DNA of 64,000 nt. Source: Lama glama. Lineage: Eukaryota. The stretch spans positions 14,694,001-14,758,000 of the forward strand of contig CM052837.1 of assembly GCA_028534125.1 (NCBI GenBank). Reading direction: 5' to 3'. A program made the position numbers and the translations under genes. Under the pieces are notes generated by a model, which made no database searches, had not been told where the DNA came from, and was given only the letters and a program-made list of their open reading frames with translations. This document shows positions 36,252 to 48,420 of the stretch, piece after piece (position 1 is the stretch's first letter; each line of letters opens with the position of its first letter).

Positions 36252-38359
36252 AAAATACAGGACCAAGCTGAGCTGTTTTTGCAAGAATGTAAATAGTTCA
36301 AAATTAGGAAATCTATTAATATGATTCACCATAGGAAATGATAAAAAAAAAATCACACAGATCTTGCTCATTGATGATGAGCAAGAGGCAACTGGCATTA
36401 ACTCTTGACATAAATGCTCTTTGAAATAGGAATAAATGGGTAAGTCCTGAATACGATAAGTATGTTTATCTCAACCCAAGAGTCAGCATCATATTTAATG
36501 AAAAACCACTGAGAGCATCCTCCTTAGAGTCAGGTACAAAACAAGGCTATCTACCTTTACCATTGTTGTCTAACTTTGTTCTGCAGGTATTCACTAATCC
36601 ATTTAAACTGAAGAAAGAGATCTGAAAATCTGGAAGAGATATTTGCAAATGAGATGATTTGAAGACTTATGATAAATGAAGAAAAGTATGTCAACCACCA
36701 AAGAAACTAAGACGGCCAGTATAAAATATACCTACAAAAATCAATGGCCTTATGTTGTACACTAAAACAAAAACAATGTTGCATATCATTTTAAAAAAAT
36801 AAGTAGGTTTCATATTCCCAACAACAGCCAGTTAGAAGACACAACACTCCATCTATACTAACAAAAAACAAAGAAAAACAATAAAATAAAAAGAAAAATC
36901 TTTGAAATATCTAGAAATAAGCTGAACAAAACATGTGCAATACAAGTGGTGAAAACTTTAAAACACTTTCAAGAAATACAAAATAAAAGACTCCCACAAA
37001 TGGAATATGCAGCATTTCTGGATAAAAACCTTAAAGATATCAACTGTCCCTGTTAATCTATAAACTTAACATGATCAATAAAAACTTTATTCCAGCTATA
37101 CAAGTTATTCTAACATTCATGAAGAAAAATAACCAAGAATTGCTAGCAAAATTCTGAAAAATAAGATTAACAAGGGATGACTCACCTTATCAGATATTAA
37201 GTATTTTATAAACTTACAATTATTAAAACAGTAGGGTTCTGTACATGGACAGAGAAAAAGATTAATAAAGATACAAATGCCCAGAAAGAGAACTCAAATA
37301 CACATGGGAACTTAAATACATATCAGAAATCAATATATGATAAAGGTGGCATTTCAAATTAGTGAAGAAAGAATATTCATTAAAGGGTACTGGGGAAAAT
37401 CAACCATTTCAGAAAAAAATAGATCCACAGCTCACACTTAACATCAGAATGAATTCCAGAGGGCTCAAAGACTTAAGCACACGTGCACATACACACACAG
37501 AGGCGAAACCATAAAGGTCTAGAAGAAAAACGAAGAAAATTATTTTATAATACTGGAGTAAGGAATGCCTTCCTATATATGATCTAATATCTAGAAAATA
37601 TTTAGTTAAAACTGATTAATTTTTTAATTAAAAAAATTAAAAATCGATAATGATAGCTTCTGCAACACAAAAAAGCTAGATGGCCAACTGGGAAAAATAT
37701 CTGCAATCTTATCCCAAGTAGGCAAAGGGCTCATTTCCCTAACATTAAAGAGCTTCTACAAATGAGTTAGAAAAATCTGACATGCTAATAAGAAAAACGG
37801 GTAAAGGATATCAACAGAGTTCTAAAAAAATATATAAATGATCCTTCCAAATATGGAAAGATGTTCAGCCTCACTCAGTGAAATGCAAAGTAAAGCTACA
37901 CTGAGATATTAATTTTCACCTGTCAATCTGGCATAGATCCAGGTGTTTGATAATTTACTGCACTGAAGAAACGTGTAGGGAAACAGGCACTCTGACACAT
38001 AGCTTACAAGAACGTATTTCCCAATAGAGAAGATCTGGCAATATCCAATTAAAACTTACAAATACACACTTAAAATAATTTATCCTACCTATATTCTCAT
38101 ATATGCTTGAATAGACAAACTATTATTTGTAAGAGTACTCTAACCTTAACATTGGCTAATAGGGGAGATGGGATAAACACGTCAAGGTAAAGCCACACAA
38201 TGAAGCAGCTCCTTACTACAGGGTAATCGAAAGAAATAAAGTGTAGAAATGTACACTGTATATTAATCATCTGTGTTATAAGTGAAAGAAAAAAGGTATG
38301 CATGTGTATGTATGCATACGTATGTTTTATACTTGCTTATTTTAAAAAAGAGAAAGACT

Positions 38360-39300
38360 CAAAGCAAAGGTCAACAGGAAAGAAAAACTAAGATTAAAGA
38401 ATTCAGGATATATCTAATATCCAAATAGTAAGAGTTTTAGAAGAGAACAGAGAGAATGGAACAGGGAAGAAAATTTTTGAAGGAATGTAAAAAAATTTTC
38501 CAGAACTGAAAGACTAAAGTGCGAAAGGTCCTATCAAGTACCCAACACAATGAATGAAAAATACCCACATCAAGACATTTCTATGAAATTTCAGGGTACC
38601 AACAATGAAGATCTTAAAAAACACACAAAGAATTAGGAATCAGGACAGCAGCCTCTAAGCCTAGGAATTAGAAGTCAGTTAGGGCAATGCTTTAAAAATT
38701 CTAGGGAAAAAAATATTTCCTCAAATTCTATACACACCCTTAAAGGTATCTTTAGACATGTAAGGTCTCATGCAATTTACCTCCCATGGACCTCTTTCTC
38801 AGGAAGCTACTTGGCGACATTTCTACCAAATGATGGGGTAATCCAAGAGAAAAGACAATATGGAAGCCAGGAAGCAGCAAAGGGAATTTCCAGAACAAGA
38901 AAGAAGGGAAATCACAGGCTGACACTTGAGCAGCAGCCCCGGTGACCAACTAGCCTAGACTTGACTAAGACATGACAGTGGAGGGCTCAGGAGGAAGATC
39001 TACAGGTAAAAAAGAAATAACAATTATCTAACAGGTCTGACTTTGTGGAAAACTGTATTACGAGGCTATGAAAAGTGTGGGAAGAACTGGACAGCAACAG
39101 CAAATAGAAAACCAAACAAAAAAATAAAAGGCAATTATTAAATCCAGAAAAAAAATTGTGTAAGAAAGAAAAAATAACCACATTATACCTACAGCTCAGC
39201 AGGGAATAATATTACATAGTCATAGTAACATAAAACATCAAATACTGATTTTACCAAAAATTATGATGTAACAATTACAGGAGAGTTGGTAAAATGGTAG
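38360..39300 (+). mobile_element. HAL1-like LINE fragment
   Basis: ORF1-like aaaattttccagaactgaaagac, then gggaaatcacaggctgacacttgagcagcagcc. Confidence 0.6.
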
Positions 39301-39539
39301 TGATGAGAAGAATTTGGATTTCAGAGTGTGACATCCTGACATACAACGAAGTTTTCCTTTTACTGATCTTGAATAAAAGTCACCAGTGAAACAGTCTCAT
39401 CTCCTCTGAGATAGGAAATGTGTTAACTATAAATAACTGGTTTCTCAGTCATAGCATAATTTGAACCCAGGACAGATGACAGAAAACTCTGCAGTTCCCT
39501 AACAGCAGTATGGAAAGACCACAAAAGTGAGAAATAGGT

Positions 39540-40760
39540 CTAACCTGTTACTTGACAGATCGACTTGCCTTAGACCTAAGGCAAATCATTTAACCTCTAC
39601 AGTCTTACTTTAAGCATCTACTAAAAGGAGATAATTATCCTGGTCAGCTTACAGAATTGGTAAATGAAAGACTGGACAGAATAGAAGTTAAGAACATATG
39701 CTGTGAAAGACAGTCAGGCCTATGTGAGACTCACCTTTTCCATTTACTAATTCAGCTTGTACAGGTTATTTTGTTTTTCCTCTCTAAGCAAAGGCCATAA
39801 TTTATAGAAAGAAGTACATTTGTACCATTACTCACTATGTGTTTGCATATAACTGAAAAAAGTTTTACAAAATAATATATGTAACATGCAAAGAATAGAA
39901 ATGGAATAGGACCATCCATTAACACAGATACACACAAATTTGTGGTGGACCACTAACTGATTTCATGAATCAGTCATGATCTATACTTTAAAAAACACTC
40001 CCCAAGTTACAGTTTCATCGTCATAAAATTCCTTCACTGGTCAAACACAAAACAGAACCTACGTAATAGGATCCATTGGCTATTTCATAGAAATTACTTC
40101 TATGAAACTTAATATAATGCCTAACACTTAAAATTAGTGCTTACCATGTGCAGGATCCATTGTAAATGTTTCACCCATATTAACTGATTTAATCCTAACG
40201 AAGCAGATACTATTATCATTAATATTCATTCTTACTTACAGACGAAGAAACTGAGGTACAGAGGTTAAATAAACTTGCCTATCATCACACAGCTAGTGTA
40301 TGGCAGAGCTGGGATTCAAACTCAAGAACTGTGGCTCAGAAGATTGTGCTCTTAACTGCAAATGCTGCATAACCTTTACAGTGGAAAATATGGGATTAAA
40401 GCTGGCAGGTATAGGGTCTGAATTGTAACGTGTCATCTACAGTAACCAAATGAGACTCAGTTCAGCAAACATGCCCCCACGGGCCATGTGTGATTCCACC
40501 TAGGGTCACTCACTGTCTAACAAAGATATGAGTCAAGGGGATGAGATCAAAGAAGATGAACAGTGATTTTTGCTAGGAAAAGGAATTACACAGCTTTCAA
40601 GGAACAATTTCCTTTACTACTCACAGAAGTCCTTTGAGGGGCCCCCAATTTTCTTTTATAGACCAGGACCCTAAAGTTCAAAAAGGTCAGAAACTTGCCC
40701 TACCCAGCCTGGTCTCAGACTCAGGTCTCTGATTCTATCCTGGAACCCACTTCCACTTCA
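39540..40760. mobile_element. MIR fragments (+ ~39540-39700; - ~40115-40370; - ~40620-40760)
   Basis: MIR cores ggcaaatcatttaacctct and ttacagacgaagaaactgaggtacagaggttaaataaacttgcc. Confidence 0.7.
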
Positions 40761-41307
40761 ATCAGTGACTGATTCAAGGAGAGAAGTGGGCTGGGCTGAG
40801 GCCCAGAACAAACTGGCACTGCAACTTAACTGTTTCCCTGACCTCCTTTTCCTAACTCCACTCCCAGCCACAGGCCTTCCACTCCCATCTAACTGGTTGG
40901 ACACCCAGACCTACTCTTCTTCCCATGGTCTCCATGGATCCCTTCCTTTTCAAGGGTAATCCTATTACTCAGTTTCAGTATCCTTTCATCTTCAGTCTCT
41001 TGCATCATCAATCAGCTCCCCTCTTTCTCTTGTATTTTCAACCTTCTTCTCTACCTTTTAACACAATTAAGTCTCCCCGATCTAACAAGGATCCCATGCA
41101 AAGCAAGACATCCTCCAGAATCTACTTTCCTCTTAACTCTACGTTAACCAGACATTCCTGAGAATTCCCTGTATCTAAGTTTCGTTACTTTCCGTGGGCA
41201 ATTTTACCTATTTCAAGAAATTTTATGGCTAGAAAACCCCAAAATAATAAAATGGTAAATAAACTCAAAGAGCAAAAGAAAGAACAAATAGAAACCATCT
41301 CTAGTAC

Positions 41308-41649
41308 CTGATGGAGGAAAAGTTTCCGGAGTGGTTGCTGCGGTGCTGGCATTCCCTTCCCAAAGTTCTGTCCTGGCATCTATGAACTGCTGATCGGGAA
41401 GCCATGTTCCATTTGGTGAAACTGTAGTGACTACAGAATTGGTGCTTACTGTTCTTGTGGTCCCATTGTCAGAGTCTGAAGAATTGACAGTGGTTACATA
41501 GGTGGGTCCCAGAGTTAGATTTAGGCTGAATGTTGGTGCCACAGAAGGAGAAGTTACTGAAGAAGTAGGATTTGAAGTTGTGGTCTCTTCTTTAGGTGAT
41601 TCTGCTGTAGATACTTTAATAGATCTTGTAACACCTACTGAAGGTGAAA
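41308..41649 (-). CDS. PTPRA: PTPRA ectodomain exon (Ser/Thr-rich, N-glycosylated), VSPSVGVTR...ETFPPS
   Basis: Inside ORF 41213..41662. Acceptor tttgtag, donor TCAG|gtacta, 342 nt, phase 1-1. Confidence 0.97.
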
Positions 41650-41765
41650 CTACAAACACCAAAAAAAAGAGAAAACATTGAACAAAGAATTTGATAGCTC
41701 AGAAGTTATGAGGCACAAAGGCAGCAAGCCCTTACTACACTCTCAAACACTCGGAGACCAAAGAC

Positions 41766-41794
41766 CACACACACACACACACACGCGCGCGTGT
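41766..41794. repeat. (CA)n(CG)n alternating purine-pyrimidine tract
   Basis: cacacacacacacacacacgcgcgcgtgt seen directly. Confidence 0.9.
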
Positions 41795-41983
41795 TTTTAT
41801 TTAATGTTGACCCTCTCTCTCCACTTCCAAAGGACTACTGTTAAAGGGAGGGAGAAACTGAATTCTCTACTTAATTTCTCAGAGTCAATATACAGGAATC
41901 TCAAGTACAACAAATTCTTTTTTCCTTTTTTTTCACTTTCCAGGAATGAACACATAATCTCTTTATTTAAAGTAGTATGTGGT

Positions 41984-42113
41984 GGGGAGGGTATAGCTCA
42001 GTGGCAGTGTGCATATTTGGCATGCATGAGATCCCAAGTTCAATTCCCAGAACCTCCATTAAAGAATAAATACATAAACCTAATTCTCTCTCCCTCAAAA
42101 ACAAACAACAAAC
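41984..42113 (+). mobile_element. tRNA-derived camelid SINE (Vic-1-like) in the intron between the first two coding exons
   Basis: ggggagggtatagctcagtgg...agttcaattccc; 15-bp TSD with 2 mismatches (41969, 42114). Confidence 0.88.
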
Positions 42114-42314
42114 AAAGGAGCATGTGGTATATAGAACAATCCTCAGCATACGAAATGACTCAGGGATTTCCAAAGATACCTGTTTTACCACCGATTTTAG
42201 TAAAACTTTAGTATTTTCTCTTTCTTTTATACCACTAAGGCCTTCATATTTGGGTCACTAAATTTAAAACAGAAATTCTATTCCAAATACTAGTCCTATT
42301 AAATGGCAATTTAC

Positions 42315-42387
42315 CTATAGTAGTGTTGTTGGCACCAACATGTATCAGACCACTGCCAAGCAGAACAAGAAGGAACCAGATATCCAT
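42315..42387 (-). CDS. PTPRA: PTPRA first coding exon, signal peptide MDIWFLLVLLGSGLIHVGANNTTI (whole exon 42315-42393, 6 nt of 5'UTR)
   Basis: Minus strand reads tttccag|GTCAAC ATG GAT ATC TGG...ACT ATA G|gtaaat. Matches the PTPRA N-terminus (human MDSWFILVLLGSGLI). 73 coding nt, phase 1. Too short for the ORF track. Confidence 0.96.
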
Positions 42388-42591
42388 GTTGACCTGGAAA
42401 ATAGAGAGTCATGTTAGGTAAGGTCCCATAATACTATGCCCAAACTACTCATCAAAGGAGCAAAATCTTTCTAGCTGTGATCCTGTGTACACACAGGATC
42501 AATCGATCTTTTGGCACACTTGCCCAGGAATCCAATTAATTAACTGAATCTTTACACAAATATAAGTAAGACTTAATAACACTTTTTAGAG

Positions 42592-42730
42592 CAGTGATTC
42601 TCAACCTTGGCTATACTTTAGAATCACGCAAAGAACTTTAAAAAGCCCCTGTGCCAGACTACATCTCTGGGGGTGCAGCAATCCTTTTAGAAGCTCCCCA
42701 AGTAATTGCTATGTGCAGCTTAAGTGGCTT
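42592..42730. mobile_element. MER5-like hAT MITE
   Basis: cagtgattctcaaccttggctatactttagaatcac...aagctccccaagtaattgctatgtgcagc. Confidence 0.65.
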
Positions 42731-43269
42731 CAAAATGACAAGTATGGAGAAGGTAGCTGATTGCATCAATGTAATGCCCTCCAACGCAAAAATTATACAG
42801 GTGTTCTCAATCTTAATTTTGCTTCAAACCGTATCAGAGGACCGTGACATTCCCGCTGGTATTAGTGGCTCATTCATCCATTCAGATGTTTGTGCCCTTT
42901 ACTAAGCTAGGTACTAGGGAAACAGTCAGGCAGCAAAATACTCAGACTCACAACCTAGAGGTAATTCAATACAGCAGTGATTCTCCAAGGGAATCAGGAC
43001 ATGCCTCCCCAAGAGGCACAGGAGAATCTCCGAGGGAGGATGGAAAAATAAACATCCCAGGAATTTGCCTCTGGTACCAGCAACCATACCTAGCAGAGAC
43101 CTGGGTTCAGCCGGTGGCCTTCCCATGGTACAGCCATATAAGATCTGACCAGTTCCCTAGTGACCATAATCTAAAATTGGGAAAGCATACAGTTCCCTCC
43201 ATAAGGGTTAGGAAACAGACTGGAACGCTGATTACTGTGTGTGTATGTGTGTCTATTCTTGATAAATCA

Positions 43270-46250
43270 ACAGGAAATGGTTTTGGGAAAAATTACTATG
43301 TATTTGGGGGAAGAAGGTTAGACCACCACCTCATTTCTTATACCAAAATAAAATCCAGATGGGGTGAAGAATTAAATGCTTAGAAACACGTTTTAAAAGG
43401 GAAAAAATGAATATATGAGCTCAGGGTGAGGAAGGATCTTCCAAAGATAAAGGTAATGTAACACATCACAAGGAATAAATCACAAAGGTAAAAATGGATT
43501 ATCTGACAATAAAAAAAAAATGACACTACTAAGTCAATCATAAACAACGTTAATGACAGGAAGACAATCTTGTCAGGATGTCAGTTCTTCCCAGTCTGGT
43601 TTTGCTGCCATCTCAGTCAAAATCCTACCAAGCTAGTTTGTGGATATCAACAAACTGGTTCTAAAGTTTATATACAGATGCAAAAGACTGAGAATAGCCA
43701 ACGCAACACTTGACGGAGCAGAGGAAAGTTGGAGGATTACTATAAAAGCAAACAGTAATATAAGAAAGCAACAGTAAATAAGAGAGTGTGGTACTGGGTA
43801 AAGAACAGACAAACAGGTCACTGGGACCAAGAGAGCCCACATACAGAACTCNNNNNNNNNNNNNNNNNNNNNNNNNNNNNNNNNNNNNNNNNNNNNNNNN
43901 NNNNNNNNNNNNNNNNNNNNNNNNNNNNNNNNNNNNNNNNNNNNNNNNNNNNNNNNNNNNNNNNNNNNNNNNNNNNNNNNNNNNNNNNNNNNNNNNNNNN
44001 NNNNNNNNNNNNNNNNNNNNNNNNNNNNNNNNNNNNNNNNNNNNNNNNNNNNNNNNNNNNNNNNNNNNNNNNNNNNNNNNAGCTGACACAGAAGTAAATG
44101 TAGATGACCTTGGTATGGTGATGACTTTTTAGATACAGCACCAAAGGCAGAGCCTTTAAAAAAATAATCAATAAGCTGTACTTCATTAAAATGGAAAACT
44201 GCTCTGCAAAAGGCAACGTCAAAAGGAGAAGACAAGCCACAGACTGCGAGGAAATATTTGCAAAAGACATATCAGTTAAAGGACTGCTATCCAAAATAAA
44301 GAATTCTTAAAACTCAACAACAACAACAACAAAAAAAGTATCAACCCAATTAAAAAACGGTCAAAAGACCTACACAGACACCTCAAACAAGATATACAGA
44401 TGGCACCGGAAACTGAAACAACATTGTAAACTGACTATAACACAATAAAAAAGAATTTTTTAAAAAGATATACAGATGGCATATAAGCATATGCAAAGAT
44501 GCTCAACAACATATGTCATTAGGAAACTGCAAATTGAAACAATGNNNNNNNNNNNNNNNNNNNNNNNNNNNNNNNNNNNNNNNNNNNNNNNNNNNNNNNN
44601 NNNNNNNNNNNNNNNNNNNNNNNNNNNNNNNNNNNNNNNNNNNNNNNNNNNNNNNNNNNNNNNNNNNNNNNNNNNNNNNNNNNNNNNNNNNNNNNNNNNN
44701 NNNNNNNNNNNNNNNNNNNTGATCCTAGCAATTGCACTCCGTGGTATTTACTCAAGAGAGTTGAAAACTTAATGTCCACACAAAAACCTGCTTTATTCAT
44801 AACCGCCAACACTCGGAAGCAACCAACACGTTCTTCAGTTAGTGAATGGATAAATACAGTACATCTAGACCATGGAATATTACTCAGTACGAAAAGGAAA
44901 TGATCTGTCAAGCTATGNNNNNNNNNNNNNNNNNNNNNNNNNNNNNNNNNNNNNNNNNNNNNNNNNNNNNNNNNNNNNNNNNNNNNNNNNNNNNNNNNNN
45001 NNNNNNNNNNNNNNNNNNNNNNNNNNNNNNNNNNNNNNNNNNNNNNNNNNNNNNNNTGGGTTAGGGAGGAGAGCAAAATGAAAAGGTGAAGCACAGAGAC
45101 TATAAAGGCAGTGAAACTATTCTGTATGGTAATACAATGGTGGATACATGTCATTAAACATCTCTCCAAACCCACAGAATGTACAACGCAAGAAGAAATC
45201 CCTAATGTAAACTATGGACTTCGGGTGGTAAGATGTCAATATAGGTTCATCGACTGTAATAAATGTGCAGGATGTCAGCAGTGGGGGACGAGTGTGTGTG
45301 TGTGGAAGCAGGGAATATTTGCGAATTTTCTATACTTTCTGCTCAATTGTGCTCTGAACCTACAACTGCTCTAAAAAATAAAGTCTATTCTTTTTTTTAA
45401 AAAGGCACTGAACTGGGAAAATTATAACAAGTAAGACAAAGGATTAAAACAAGAACTCTTATCTTATAAATAATATAACTTTAAGACTCTAATTTTGAAA
45501 AATGTGAAGAACCTAAATAGGTATTTTACAGAAGAGAAAAACAGCTAAGAAAATATACGAAAAAGTGTTGACCATCCCCACTAACCAAAGGAATATAATA
45601 AGAGAACATTTTTACTTACTTTCCAAATTAGAAAAGATCAATGACATGAAATATTGAAGCCGGCAAGAGTCTCAAGAAAAGAACTCAAATGCTGGTGGGA
45701 AGGCCTATTAGCCTATAATAACAAACTCCTTTCCAGAAAGATTACACAAGAATCTTAAAGGTGTCCACATTGTTCTCTGATCCATTTTCAAGTTACTATT
45801 ATTGAATAAATGTAAATAATCTGAAACTCAGATTAAAATGATATACAGATAATCACTAAGTGGAAAAACAGAAGAAACAATCCAAATACCCAACAGTGGG
45901 GAAAAAAGGGGAAAGTTGCTAATTAGTATTATGCTGCTATTCAAGATGATAACTGTTGCTGTTTGATACGCTACATTCAAAGAATTTAAGAAAATAGAAC
46001 AAACCCTTCATTTTTAAGCTTAAAAATAAAAGCCAGATCAAAACCAAATCTACCGTTTGATCTCAACTAAAGTTATACATGTATATATGCATATGAATGT
46101 ATAGGCATGAAAGTAAGACTGGAAGGAAAAACCTACAAACATTTTGGCACAGTACTTTCTGATTTTTATGTTCTTTATATTGTATTTACAAGATTTTTCA
46201 GATAAAGAGCATCTTTTTATAAATAAAAATAATCAATAAGAGTTAAAAAG
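43270..46250 (+). mobile_element. L1MA/MB ORF2-3' element (43545-45400, three N-runs) within an older L1ME remnant
   Basis: Colinear ORF2 motifs; 3' end tgctctaaaaaataaagtct at about 45368-45387. Confidence 0.8.
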
Positions 46251-46499
46251 AAAACAGATTTCACTACAGAGAATGAATATAAGAAGCAAAACTAAAAGAA
46301 GGAAAGTGCGGAAGAAAGAGCAGCAAAAGATACAAGGGAAAAGAACAAATGCATAGCAGGTGCCAAGTTGGAGAGGACTTGTATGCAGAAACTAGGGAGA
46401 GTTCGGTCAGAATTTAAGATCCATGTCACTAACAAGATAAATCCATAGATCACAACCAGGAAAATCATGGTGAAGATCTCATTCTTCCCAGAGAATATG

Positions 46500-47800
46500 A
46501 AGACCCTCAGGTAAATTCCTGTGACTTCTTGACCGCCTGACTAACCTTCAGCCACACCCATGCTTCACGTCTCCTCTTCTGGTATCCAGGTCTTCTATTC
46601 CGAGTATCCAAAGCTGTCAGGATACAGGCTTCCTCAGTCTCCAAGGATGCCATATGCAAACCATTCTTCCTGGAGTCTGCTCTAACAGCCCTTGTTCCTG
46701 AGGGCTTTTCCTGGTACTCACTTGTCACTGACGACATTGCAAAGTGGCTCACAGTTTTCTTCCCATCCCAAAGTCCTGATATTCTACTGGAAGACTGTTC
46801 AACATCCCCAGAGATGACAGTCACCACAATTCACATCCAGACAAGCCTCTGAGTTCCCTGACTTCTTCAATTCCAACCACCTTATCCCTCCACTCCTTGG
46901 GGGCTGGTGATGACAATGGCTGCCCTCTAGGTTTTGTCAGCACCAGGAAAAGCTCTCCCACTGAACCCCACCTTCCCGCTCTGCAGCCGACACCCTTACC
47001 CTCGCAGTTCTCACTCTATTATGTCTACTGCATCTGTTCTCTGACCTCCTCCAGGCTTTGTGTCCCTTGAACCTCCCTTGAACGTTCTTTCCAATATCTC
47101 ATCCAGTCTTTATTTCCCTTCCTACACAACCAAGAAAACTTGGTGTCGGTTCACTCCCTTGCTAATATCCTAAATTCTTTAGCTACATTTTTCTTCTATT
47201 ACTCCTACATGGGGAAAATAACCCCAAATCTTGAACTAATCCAACTGTCAGCCCTACACTTGGATGCCAAATGCTCCTTAAGAAAATCAAACAACCCACA
47301 AGATTGATACCACTATTTCTGCCTCAGTGGAACTCTGAACACTTTCTGTAATCTTTCTGTATTTCCCTACTCATTTCCCTCCCCAGTCCTCCACAACAAT
47401 GATTTCAGAGAACCTCCTCTCCTCTCCAGACATCTCCTCTCACATCCTTGGCTACTGGCCTTACCTTCACCTTAGAGAAAACAAAAGCCACCAGACCAGC
47501 ACAGCCTTAACGCATAGTCACCTTGTTTACAAATTTCCTCCTTCTCTGCAATTCCTCCCACGAATCTCAGTCCCCTAGGAACCTTGTCCTATAGATCCCC
47601 TACGACCGTCTCCTAGATTTAACTCCTCCCTTTCATAACAGCATTTAAACACAATTAAGAATTTCTCAAAGAAAAGAAGAATCCTTTTCAATCTACTTCA
47701 GTTCTCCAGCTAGCATTCTCTCTACTCCAATTCACAGCCAAATTTCTAGAAGGAGTTGTCTCCATGGCAATCTGGCTTCTTTTTCACCATTCCACTAGAA
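46500..47800 (+). mobile_element. L2 ORF2 remnant
   Basis: Pyrimidine-rich degenerate L2 body, e.g. ttcacagccaaatttctagaaggagttgtc. Confidence 0.5.
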
Positions 47801-47849
47801 CAACTACCTCCATATTTTAAAAGAATGAGCTCTTTAAAAGTATTTCAAA

Positions 47850-48420
47850 CTCATTCACAAAGGTCTAATTTCCCTGATATATAAAGGGCTCCTTTTTTTT
47901 TTTTTTTAACATTTTTACAGCCTTTAATTAAAGATTAAGAGATGGCAAAAGAGATGAAACAGACAATTTATAGAAAACAAAATAGTCCTCTTAAAAGATG
48001 CTCAACTTCACACATGATCAGAGAAAGCCAAATTAAAGCTATACTAGGGTATCATTTTTCACCTATCACACAGGCAAATATAAAAATCTTTAACAACACC
48101 ACATTGGCAAGGGTTTGTGTGAACAAGTACTCTCATACGATCTGTAGATATTTATCTCAATTATTAAAGTACCAACCCCTTGACACAATTCTACTTGAGA
48201 ACTTTACAGATACACTTTAAAAGTGACTTATGTACAAGATTACTCAGTGCAGCACTGTTTGCAATACAAAAAGACCAAAAAAAAAAAAAAACCCAAAAAA
48301 AACCCCTAAATGTTTATCAATGGGAGAGGGAGACATAATTAAATAAATTATGGCATATTCATAAATAGAATACTATGCAGCTGTTAAACAGAATGAGGAG
48401 GCTCTTTAGAGATCTTCTTT
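47850..48420 (+). mobile_element. L1ME 3' fragment
   Basis: aaaagatgctcaacttcacacatgatcagag and aatagaatactatgcagctgttaaa. Confidence 0.65.

Larger units (their letters stand above)
34720..38350 (+). mobile_element. Old L1 (L1ME-type) ORF2 remnant with nested LTR and SINE
   Basis: A-rich, colinear ORF2 motifs: gcaataaaactagaaatcaa, tagagtcaggtacaaaacaagg, atatgataaaggtggcatttca. Confidence 0.75.

Noticed and set aside
36119-42113. tRNA genes at 36119 and 41984
   Set aside because: A and B boxes are present, but A-rich tails and TSDs mark them as SINEs.
42844-43383. 179-aa + strand ORF (also 41678..42211)
   Set aside because: Non-ATG starts, run into L1, SINE or microsatellite sequence, no domain similarity.
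28377-45175. Long ORFs containing X runs
   Set aside because: Artefacts of translating through N gaps in L1 sequence.
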